A stretch of DNA of 64,000 nt from Priapulus caudatus (taxonomy: Eukaryota), in the NCBI RefSeq assembly GCF_000485595.1, contig NW_014577075.1, forward strand, positions 587,311 through 651,310, written 5' to 3'. The position numbers and the translations under genes are program-made. Positions 27,701 through 38,739 of the stretch are shown in pieces (position 1 is the first letter of the stretch; every line of letters starts with the position of its first letter). Below the pieces are notes generated by a model. That model made no database searches, was not told where the DNA came from, and saw only the letters and a program-made list of their open reading frames with translations.

Positions 27701-30700
27701 CTTGCCAAACAAATGGTTAATGTGTTACGTGTGAGCATGATTGCACATGTATTTGTATTGACTTCTCAACCATAAAAAAACAAACATGTGCAACAACTAA
27801 ACTCTCCATATAACACCTTACACATAACACTACTCAGTCTACTGCACTGGTAACACATGCATCACAGTCACTAAGCCCGCGCGTAGCGCGGGTTTCAGCT
27901 AGTTTATTTAACGATATGGTAGAGATGCGGTATCTAGCACCACATAGAACTACCGGTAAGCATAAGTTTGTTCTATTGGCGTCCGTAAACGTCGTGTAAA
28001 ATACCATTGCAACAGTATGTTACGTATAGAAATGTGCCTACTGGCAACTTTTTGCATATAATTTTTTTGCCATTAGACAGAGCCATTGCCACTATACGAT
28101 GAGGAGGTTCCCATGTGAGTTAAGCGATGTGAGCCCGTTCTATGCGAATTGCACTGATTCATATATATATATATATATGTGCAGGATATGATTAACAAAA
28201 TATTAAAATGTGGTATTACACTGTTGTGAATCACGGCGTTCGTCACAGCTGGCTGCACGATGGCGATCGCTCCCGTGTCTGATAGAGTAGGAACATTAGT
28301 CTTGATCTCCATCGCTATCATGGCTCCTAGGTTGATGAGAAGACTGCCGTCCTCTGCGGGCCTGCCGACGTAGCAGTGACCAGACGACGCGACTGTGATG
28401 CGGATGTTGTGCTCGTTAGCGAACAGAACTGCTTTCTGCACATCTTCGGTCGTACGCGCTGTGACGACCATTCCAGGCTTCCTACAGAAAAATTAAGACC
28501 AATAAGCGATTTTACTAGATATTCACAATTACAATGCAATTGATCGGTTCCAATATACGGTTACAATAGATAGTACAGATATCGATGACGAACGGGCTGT
28601 TGCATGTGTCGGTGTCAACCTATGTGTGCGTGTGTGTATAGGAGGAGGTCACGGACCGAACACTAGAAACATCGGTCTCGGCTCTGATAACGTGATCGGC
28701 GTTACCATGGTGCTTGCCAACGGCAGCATCGCTCAACTAAAGCAGGACAGCACCATCATAACAGACGTTGACGGAAAGGTAGGCTACGTGCACGCGGTTC
28801 TAGCGAGTATGACATCCTTATATGCAGGACCTGCACGTTTGCCGTAGCTTAATGGGAGATTAACTAAGACTTTACTACGGAAAAACAGAATCGACTTCGA
28901 TTTTAGAACGAAACAAAATAATGAGCTTAATAAATAAAGTTATTAAGTATTAGTAGATAAGCTCAAAATAAATGTAATAAATGAGGTAGCGATACTTTTC
29001 GCCTATAATAGCCTACTCTCCGTATATGTGTGGTTTGTTTCGTGAAACGTTACAAAAAGAACATTTTAATCGCATAAGCGTGCGGCGAAGGGAGCGGCAG
29101 ACCGTCCCCAATGTTCCTCGAATTAGCATGATCATAATAATAGTACATTCTGACATTTTCTGTTTGGTATATTTGCTCGAAAATGTAATAAATTCCATTA
29201 AAAGTATGAACATGCGCATACTTTTTAAATTATATCAAAATGCTGAAAGTGCTGTATTTATAATTTATATTAAGACGGGGTTCTGAGCTTAACATACTAG
29301 ACCCGGTGCTGTTGATTCGCAGCTTCAGCACCTGGGAAGTAGCCTGACATCAGGAATCGTAGAAACAACATGCTAACGATAAATCTTTTTTTTGCCAACA
29401 CGTCAATGCTTCCTCATTATTAGTCAGTCGGGACAAAACTGTGCTCTCTTCCATAAGAAAAAACTCAGGCTATAGGGCTATAGTCTATTGGGCTATAGGC
29501 TATAGGTACTAGGAGCGAATGCTGAGATAAAAATGCGTGTGAGTTACAGTGAATGGATCTAAGCATGACATTCTGCGTATGCAGCGATTAGTGAAGCACC
29601 ATCGACACAACAACACGATACAAAATTGATTAGCTATTGGTATCGCTCCAATATTGCTGCGCGCAGCTTTGGAGTAATGCAAAATGTACCAGTTATTTGC
29701 TGAACTACTACTATATACGTCAATCTATTGCTGCAGGAAAGTTCCAGTGATGACCCGGACTTGTTCTGGGCCATCCGCGGCGGCGGCGGTGCCTTTGGGG
29801 TCATCACCGAGTTTACAGTGAAGCTGCACAAGGCCAATACGGGGTTCACAATGTTCTACGCTAACTTCAAGTTCAACGATGAAGTCGAGAAGAATAAGGT
29901 GTACGCAGGCGACGTGATGGCGTTCTACTTTGAAGAGGTTCTGCCAAACATGGACCAGGGCTGGAGCGGGTACATTATCCTATCTGCAGGAATACGGACG
30001 CCGGCGGGATTTACGGCAGGCAGCGTGCAATTCATCCTGCTTCACAACGGCAAGGCAACCACCGCGGAACGAGAGCAGGTGATGCCCTTAACGACCTTCC
30101 GCCCCGAATGGCAAGCCTCCGTCGCTTTTACGGATTTCCCAGATTTCTGGGAATATCAGAAGAACGCCAACGATCCCACGGGCTTTCCTATTGGAATAGA
30201 CAGTCGTCTGCAACAGATGGAGTTTCTCACAAACGACTTCGCACAGGAGATGTCGAAGCTAATGTACGATGGAGCGACTAGAGGGGAAGACTTTGCCCAC
30301 ATCACCTGCACGATGGTGCATGTCGGAGGTACGCGCTGCGCACATGAGTTTTACATGCATGAGAATACGTAATGTAGATCAGGCATCCAGACAGTCAACC
30401 CTGTTTACATATATTGGGTAGAAAATCCTTTATGAATGTGTATCTATGTATGTATGTATTAGACGGGCGGCGCATTAAATTCGCCGATTAGCTTAACCTT
30501 CCAAAACCAGGGCTCACCAGGATGTTTAACCATATTATCGCCAGTATGCTACGTATAGGGCGTCAATAATAATAATAACATGAAATTCGTCGTGTCTCTA
30601 AACACTAATAACGTGCGTAACATTACATCACATAACATTAGCGGTAACTGTTAGGAGTAGATATCGACGGAGCTAACTCGTTTTACTCGTTCATCAAGGT

Positions 30701-33096
30701 CTGGCATCGGGCAACCGTAACACGACGTCGGTTAGCGACGACATGCGTGATGCGACGCTGTCATCTACCTGCGGAGGAACATGGAACGAATATGGCGAAG
30801 AAAGCCTGCTCAAGTACGTATCTATAATCACGTAGTATTCGTGTAGAACTGTAGATGATGGAGAAGTGGAATAGCTAACGAAGGAAGAAGAAGGGGAGAG
30901 AGGAGGGGTACGAAAGAGGAGAGAGACGAGGGCGAGGAGAAGGAAAGAAGAGAGAAAGAGAGCAAGGAGAGCAGAGAAAAAAGAGAGAGAAGATAGGAGA
31001 GCTGAAAGAGAGAGAGGAGAGAGAGACAAAGAGGAAAGCGAGGAAAGAGAATGTAAGAGGGTGGGAGGGAGAGAACGAGAAAAATAGAGGAGAGAGGGGG
31101 TGTAGACAGTTTGTGGGGATGGACAGAAGAGTAAGAAAACGAAGAAGGGTTTTATAAACAGCCAAGGTAGTAGGTAGTTCAATGTTATTCAAAATCAGAA
31201 TTTGAAACTGCGAATAGAAGGCGAATATAGCAGTAACCGGTATTACCGTATAATGACCGCCGTTGGCGGAAACGAGTTGTTAATTACCCATTGATATAAT
31301 AAGTAAGTACATGTGTTTTTTCCCGATACAAAATACCAAGAAATAGGATGTCTATAGATAGAAAGCATAGCGTGCATGACATTCCCATCTCAATATTGGT
31401 CTGCAGCTTCTTCAAGGATGAGTGGAACCCCATGATGAGCAAATATGGCCGTGGTGTGTACTACAACGAACCGGGGTTCGAACTCACAAACTACGCTGAC
31501 GATTTCTGGGGACCAAAGTACGATCGTTTACTCGAGATCAAAGAGAAACATGATCCCAATAACGTGTTCAATTGTAATCAATGCGTTGGCTGGGAGAAGG
31601 TAGCAACCGGCAGCGGGCGACAACTGTAGTCCTACTATACATGTAGCACACTCTTGCTGACGGCTCTCATAACAGCGCATTTCATCTAAAATAAAATATT
31701 CCTAGTCGACAGGTAGATTTCTGTTACTCTGTAGAAGCGGTTGGGGATAATATGTTTATAGATTAGTGTTGTGTAGTATGGTCGCGAAGGAGTGCGTGTG
31801 TTGAATCAACATTATTAGTAGTTATCAGTAGCAGCAAGTCACATACACATACAGATAAAAGTGCTCTATCAATGCAGTTGACATCATCTTAACTGAATTT
31901 ATTTCTGGACAACAGTGTACATGTTCAAATAATCGAGTAATCATAACTGTTGCGCAAAACATTGATGCTGTTATAACCTGAATATAATTAGAGTTGCGGC
32001 AGCTTGTGAGCAATATTCGATCGTCATCGTTTATCGAAATTATGACAAGTGAGTTCCGGAACGGGCTTTAAGAGTTTACGCAGGACTAGAAAACAGCAAA
32101 TAAATGCAAATATTAATTCAAATAAATGTACGTTTTATAGTTTGCACTGTGAATCATAAGAAATTTAGCTGTCATGTGCAACAATACAAAATAATGAATA
32201 CTCAATGTTTTGTTTTTTATGCACGATAGTTTGATGTCACGTGTAACCAGGCATTCAATATTTAGTTTACTCAGTAGCGTTATTACCACTACGTACGTTA
32301 GCGTACTCGAACTTATTATGTTTGTCTTGCTAAATCTTGTCTCGCAAATGACATTTATTGAAAGGCAAACACAATTTTATGTATGAGCAACGTTTCATTA
32401 AGGAAGTTGTTACTGTGCTTTCTAGTGCTGATTTAACTCACAGGGCGACCCCGCTTCCTAATATTATACCACAAAGACCCATGCCAGAGTTTAGACGTGC
32501 GCGAATTATTGAGAAGTCGTACGTCTGTACTCAAACTACCGAGTGTATCTATATAAGCAAAACTTCCTTAAAACATCTAATACTATAGAGCTAAACTAAA
32601 TCATAAATAACACAGCGTCCTATACTGTAGTATAATAGCTAAGTCCTAATAATGGGTTCAGTGATTCGTTGTTATATTGAAAAAAAAAATCAGGGAGTTA
32701 CGCTTTTGTACTCACAACACCATGTGCACATGAGTAACTTTCTAAAAATAAAAAAAATGCAGCAGTTAATTATATAATTAAAGGGCATTCTGTTTCCCCA
32801 TACTGTAGCATGGAGGGAGAATGTCAAAATACATGACATGAGCATGCGCTGTATATCATGAATTTAATATTAACAAGTCGCGATTTGGTGTTCCAACAAG
32901 CAAACGCATGTGCAACTTCATCTCAAGATATCTAAATGTTTAGCGTACAATTAAATCATGACAAGGTGCTCGTTGTCCCATACTATATATATGGCATACA
33001 CGTCAATGCTGCGTTAAAGCATGCGATATATATATATATATCAATAGCTAATAAATACTATTATTTATTATTACTATTATTATTTATTAGCTCTTG

Positions 33097-33150
<54 letters not shown>

Positions 33151-33574
33151 GTGTGTATTATTCTACGAATATATAGTGAAACGAAATACAAACTTGCAAA
33201 TTGTGTAACAAGTACGCGCGCCATGTATGTCAAGCACGTCAAGAAGTTTCCAAATATATTGTGATAAAAAATCTAACCGACGATATGGTATTTACAACAT
33301 CATTATAAGTCCTATAGCCTTATATCTGGTACTCGGTAGGAACGGTCTACTTCGTGACTAACCTTTGCTGATATGTGTTCTTCATTGTACACGCTAGCCA
33401 AAACCACGGGCCCAGGTCTGGAGTCAGAACATTTGCTTTTGTAGTGAAAGAATTGTCGAACTTCTCTATGGTTTCCGCATTCGGCCAGCACGATTGGTGA
33501 GGCATGCAGTAGTCTTTACCGCTCACCATACATACCATCACGGCGATCGCCACTACAACTATCTTAGCAGCCAT
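23614..33574 (-). CDS. Type-A secreted BBE-like FAD-linked oxidoreductase (FAD_binding_4 + BBE domain), ~557 aa, six coding exons, apparently intact
   Basis: Exons 33574-33363, 28481-28220, 27159-26953, 26727-26130, 25606-25489 and 23890-23614 are all GT-AG with compatible phases. Signal peptide MAAKIVVVAIAVMVCMVSG; motifs CMPHQSCWP, SSGHCY, AGSCPTV.MGG..IGGGH, DLFWAIRGGGG.FGVVT and Y.NEP..FWGPKYDRLLEIKKKYDPNNAFNCNQCVG; hydrophobic C-terminal tail. Confidence 0.85.
24207..25452 (+). pseudogene. Type-B BBE-like oxidase copy B1, 5' half (exon 1, exon 2, start of exon 3)
   Basis: Exons 24207-24418, 24845-25106 and 25412-25452 (ANDEGYLAAAGSCP, then broken). Lies antisense inside intron 5 of gene A. 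Confidence 0.85.
25650..25700. mobile_element. 51-bp hAT-like mini-MITE
   Basis: 16-bp TIRs caggagtagataatag / ctattatctactcctg with an 8-bp target duplication atcacgag at 25642-25649 and 25701-25708. Confidence 0.7.
27876..27902 (+). mobile_element. Helitron-like 3' terminus
   Basis: GC hairpin cccgcgc-gta-gcgcggg, followed 6 nt later by CTAG|T. Confidence 0.55.
28639..31690 (+). pseudogene. Type-B BBE-like oxidase copy B1, 3' half (rest of exon 3, exons 4-6)
   Basis: Exons 28639-28778 (5'-truncated), 29737-30328, 30699-30813 and 31407-31690. A 6-bp insertion creates TAG at 31627-31629. Lies antisense inside intron 1 of gene A. Confidence 0.85.
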
Positions 33575-35415
33575 TCTGTCATCTGTCGTACACATACAAA
33601 TATGCCTGCTTAATATAAATATATATATTTGTTTGTATATATATATACAATATATATATGTAGTTATTGGCGATAATTCTTGTATACACACACCTACATG
33701 GATTGTTTCGAAAGTGAGAATGGCGATATCACCAGACGAGGTATATGATACTGTTCCACGGCCAAAAGGGCATGTTTACACAACACACCTATGACAACAA
33801 GTTGAACAGAAGTATGTCAAGATGGTCAATGTTGAAATGGGTGATCAGCAACTACCGAATGCAAGCGTATAGCGTAAAATCAGCCACGGAGAATTGCCCG
33901 GAAAGCGACTGTCCAGAACGCAAACCGCCCATGGCTTTAATTTGTGCTTCCAGGCAAAATAACTTAACTACGAACCTAATATGGATATATTTCGTTTAGC
34001 GTCAAACACTACTTCTTATGTTCATCTAGCGCAAACCAACGGCAACAAAAAATCCATATAACTTTATTAGATACCAACATTTACGTTCGGGTACCGAGGA
34101 ATCGTAAAAATAAAGAAATCCATTTCTGAGTACGTTCTCTCTTAAAAAATGCACAATTCGAATAAAACTTGATTTCCTATAGCATGTAGTAGACATGCCT
34201 AGAGACACGTTTGACCCCATCACCTACCGCACGTTTTACGGAGGTTTAAATAATCTGCCGTATTATAGTTAACGAAGTGAGTCATTGGGTTCAACATTTT
34301 CAGATCTATGACTGCTTCTGTGTATTTGCTTACTACATGTGTATAAAAGTGTATAATTTGACCAAAGTTATGTAAGAATATATTTCAGTTAGCATCGTAC
34401 ATTACTTCTTATGTCTGTATTTATCATGACGATTTCGGGGTATTGTTGTGTATGTCCGCACACTTATACACATGTCTTGGGAAAATACATATGTAACGTC
34501 ATACAACTGACAGTGTATGTGCATGAAGCTCTACGTGACCTCGGCACGTCTATTCGTCACCTTTGCTGACGTGAAGGATAGCAGCTTCAGTTGAATACGC
34601 GTGGTAGCTTCGGATAGCTTGCGGCATCTTGAACTAAGAGAACAGGAAACAAGAGGAGAAAGGTATGAATGGAGAAGATGGTTGCTGCGTGGGGTTAAGG
34701 TTGGAGAGCGTTCTAGATTGACAAGGGAGAGGAGTGAGCATAACGCTAGGCGGCGCACGTATACGCGAGGAATAGCTAATATTATAATTGGTTACTGCAT
34801 ACAGAACAACGATAAACGACAAACGAAACCGAGTTGCTATTTTATCGTTCATAATTCGTCTTATAAACATAGAGCTGATATTATAATGAATTTAATGAGC
34901 AATAGTTAATATTCTAATTGATTACTGCATACAGGATAATGGCAGTGCATTGGATAAACGACTGTGTTGTCATTTTAACGTTCATAATTCGTCTTATGAA
35001 TATACAGCTTATAACAATCATACTGTTGATAATGATGTGGTAGCATTATTTTTTGTCTCGTGCAAGTTACGATACCGACATTTCCTTCTCATATAACAAT
35101 AATCTTTTAGCACCCGATATGTCTAAGAAACATAGATTGTTCTCGAGTTATATGTCTTTATCTCAGACGGTCATGTGCACAGTGCGTAGCTCAGACGCGT
35201 ACCACCGTGCAGGACATGTGGGCAAAGTCTTCGCCTCTAGTCGCTCCATCGAACTCGTTTGTGAGAAACCATTTCTGTTGCAGACGACTTCCCGCACCGA
35301 CAGCATCATATCACCTAGTGTTAAATAAAGCGATCGTTCGACCAGCGACCATCAACACACTCACAAAATAAAAGATTAATGGAACCGGAAGCTCGGGTCA
35401 GAGTACCGAATTTTT

Positions 35416-35794
35416 TTTACGGATAGTTGCTTATATCTATGTGCTGTCTTATTTCAGTGCGCAAAAGAGCGATGTTCTTAGTAAAACTCTTGGATTCACA
35501 ACGTATGTCTTAACAAAACATAAAGATATTGGTTATATGCTACAGAATAGGCTATACTCAATAACCGCTCGTTTACATGGGCACAATATATTATTATATA
35601 CACGCAATTTAAATAATAATATATTGTGCCCATGTAAACGAGCGGTTATTGAGTATAGCCTATTCTGTAGCATATAACCAATATCTTTATGTTTTGTTAA
35701 GACATACGTTGTGAATCCAAGAGTTTTACTAAGAACATCGCTCTTTTGCGCACTGAAATGAGACAGCACATAGATATAAGCAACTATCCGTAAA
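35416..35794. repeat. Near-perfect palindrome, ~180-bp arms, ~15-nt spacer
   Basis: 35416-35597 is the reverse complement of 35613-35794. The ORF track shows mirror-image ORFs here. Confidence 0.95.
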
Positions 35795-36455
35795 TTTTTT
35801 CATTCTAGCCCTAATCAAATAATTACGAGGTTCTCTGTTTTCCCATATAATGGGTTGCACGGATTGGTACCACCGTTTCTAAAGGATATTGGTGGGATAT
35901 TACTATTTATGTACTACTATTTATGTATTTACTATTAAGGGTAAAAGGATATTCCTATTTATGTGCGCGATATACGATCTTGCTGAGGATTCACCTTGGT
36001 GAAGGTGAACTCGAAATACTTATCGCTCCGATATCTCGAAAATATTCCTAACACTTACGTCAGCAGAGAAATTATGCATAGGAAATCACATTTTATTCGA
36101 ATTGTGCATTTTTTTAAGCGAGAACGTACTCAGAAATGGATTTCTTTATTTTTACGATTCCTCGGTATCCGAACGTCGGTAATGTTGTTATCTAATAAAG
36201 TTATATGAATTTTTTGTTGCCGTTGGTTTGCGCTAGATAAGAACATAAGAAGAAGTGTTTGGCGCTAAACGAAATATATCCATATCAGGTTCGTAGTTAA
36301 GTTATTTTGCCTGGAGGAACAAATTAAAGCCATGGGCGGTTTGCGTTCTGGACAGTCGCTTTCCGGGCAATTCGCCGTGGCTGATTTTACGCTATACAAT
36401 TGAATGGTTTGTAGAGCGTAGACGTAACAGTTGAGTAAGCGGTGTCAAGTACGGT

Positions 36456-36545
36456 TTTATTAGCTCATCTGACATAGTCAGATGCAGCTTGTAGAATCGC
36501 ATGAGCGTGCGTCCGTCCGGCCGTGCGTCCGTCCGTCCGTCCATA
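36456..36545. mobile_element. HINE/Helentron-like end
   Basis: ttttattagctcatctgacatagtcagatgcagct stem-loop followed by (CCGT)n. An inverted, longer copy ends at ~54938. Confidence 0.5.
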
Positions 36546-37369
36546 AAATGTACTTTCCGCTGACATGCGAAGAGTAAGTGTCGGATAAATTTTTGACCCT
36601 CAAGAAGAGGGTTAAACATGGATTTGTTGACTGTTAACAAAGGACTGAACTGCTTTTGCTATTGTGGATGTAAGGCTACAGTTGCACAGTTCAATTGCAA
36701 AGGCAAATGTTTGTTGAACAAGGTTTACGCTCCTTAAATCATATTATTTTCTAAAGCAGTCTGTATAAGCACCCTGAGTATAGCACCCTGTATTAGCACA
36801 CTGTCATGAACCCTGAATGCTCGCGTGGGTAGGCGAAACAGGGGGGAAACCCATTACGCATGCATGGGGGTGAACTGGCACTATTCTAATCATAATTATT
36901 GCCTGGCAACCTGCAATGCAGATGTGTTAACTCACAGCTGAGCGAAATTCTCGCTTGCCTGAATATACTTGGATTTCAGCAACTCAATGGAGTGAGGTTA
37001 TCACGCACGAAGGGTGATGCCATCTTTGATTATTGATGACACTTGCACGCGCCATCTGCGGTAACTGCTTTTGCTATTAGAGCTCCCTCCACCTGCCCCC
37101 TCCCCCCACTCTCCCCCAACCACCACCACTACGCTCGCGCTCGACGCATATCTATGATAACATGTTAATATAGCAAAGTCATTAAAGTTACGCAGCTGTA
37201 TCTTTATTACTGTACTACCGGTATAGCAAAGCCTAGCTATCATAGATTTTAAATCTGTATTAATTAGTAGTATCCTAGATATATATATGCTCTAAGCGCG
37301 AACGCGGTGGCGGGAGGGCGCACTTGATTCGGTTGCCAGTGAGTTTATCAGAAGAATACCCGGCTACAG

Positions 37370-38180
37370 TAGAGTCCCTATATACAGAGAGTTGCGCCAT
37401 GACGAGTCGGAAAAAATCGGTCACGTGATCGCTGCCGGCATGTTGTTTCCAAATGGATCAACACCGCTGCCGCTTAAGTACAGCGCTGTATGGATACGCT
37501 GTACAATGGTCCATAGTAATTAATTAGACTAATCGTGCTTCAATAAACTCAAGATTAACAGAGATTATAGCTAAGACATGTGTCTATGTGTAGCTAGATT
37601 TATAGAACTGCAAAACAAATATTACAGCTGCGAGCGAGTGGAGAGTGGAACGCATTTATCTTGTGAATTACAGTTGTCATTATTCTTCCCAAATGACTAG
37701 CTGCTGTGTTTACACTAAGAAAGTGTACAATTAAGCTATCATATGGCGCGAACGATTTGAGTTACTTTTCTAGAAATCTAGATACATATAAACACATGTG
37801 TTATCTATGATCTCTGTGATTCTTGAGTTTATTGAAGCGCGAGTGGTTTAATTAATTAGCAAGTGTCTTACGCGCGGTATCGGCACAGGCTAATATCGCA
37901 CGGCTATTGGCGGTAAGAAAGTGTACATTAAACTATCATATGGCGCGAACGATTTGAGTTACATTTCTATAAATCTAGCTACACATAGACACATGTCTTA
38001 GCTAATAATCTCTGTAATTTTGAGTTTATTGAAGCACGATTAGTCTAATTAATTACTACGGACCATTGTACAGCGTATCCATACAGCGCTGTACTTAAGC
38101 GGCAGCGGTGTTGGATACATTTGGAAACAACATGGCGTCAAATCCTGAGTTGGCGCAACTCTCTGTATATAGGGACTCTA
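37370..38180. mobile_element. Non-autonomous hAT-like DNA transposon
   Basis: 30-bp TIRs TAGAGTCCCTATATACAGAGAGTTGCGCCA, ~170-bp internal inverted arms and an 8-bp TSD ggctacag. The empty site is in the inverted paralogous sequence at ~53595-53615. Confidence 0.85.
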
Positions 38181-38739
38181 GGCTACAGTACACGTCAGTT
38201 GAGCGCTGTCGCTTTGCGGCACTTGTTATAGACGCAGATGAACAGCACAGTCAAAACAGTGTGCGCGTACTCATAGCGGATTCCGGCGTCTCACTCGTTG
38301 TCCCCAAAACCTCTTTTAAACCGTCCGCATCGTCGTCGCGACCTGTTTAGACTTCCACTAACTTATGGCGCGAGTCGTGGGTACAACGACCGGTCGCGAC
38401 CAACGTACGACGGTACCAGGTAGGAGCGGCGAGCACCGTGTACGATGCCCGCTTAATGATGGCCGTTTGATAAACTCCGTCGCATTCTTGTTAAAGTTAA
38501 TGTGTTCGTACCATTTTGAAATGCATTCTGTGCCAAATTCCCTATGTCTCTATCTCAAAGCTAAAACACCGTACTACATTTCACCCCGCACTAAGAAAAG
38601 TCGATGAAATCGGCTTAGCCCAGTCTCCTGACTGGAAGAAAACCCTCAATAAATTTTTTCCCAAATGGCTTATGTGAGCTACCGACAGTGTGAAAGGCCG
38701 TACTATCATCGTAACATGTCTGATTGTAACTGTAACCGC

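Noticed and set aside
28630..28660. Cryptic acceptor gtgtatag rescuing B1 by splicing exon 2 to exon 3b
   Set aside because: It puts exon 3b out of frame and drops the FAD-binding Cys.
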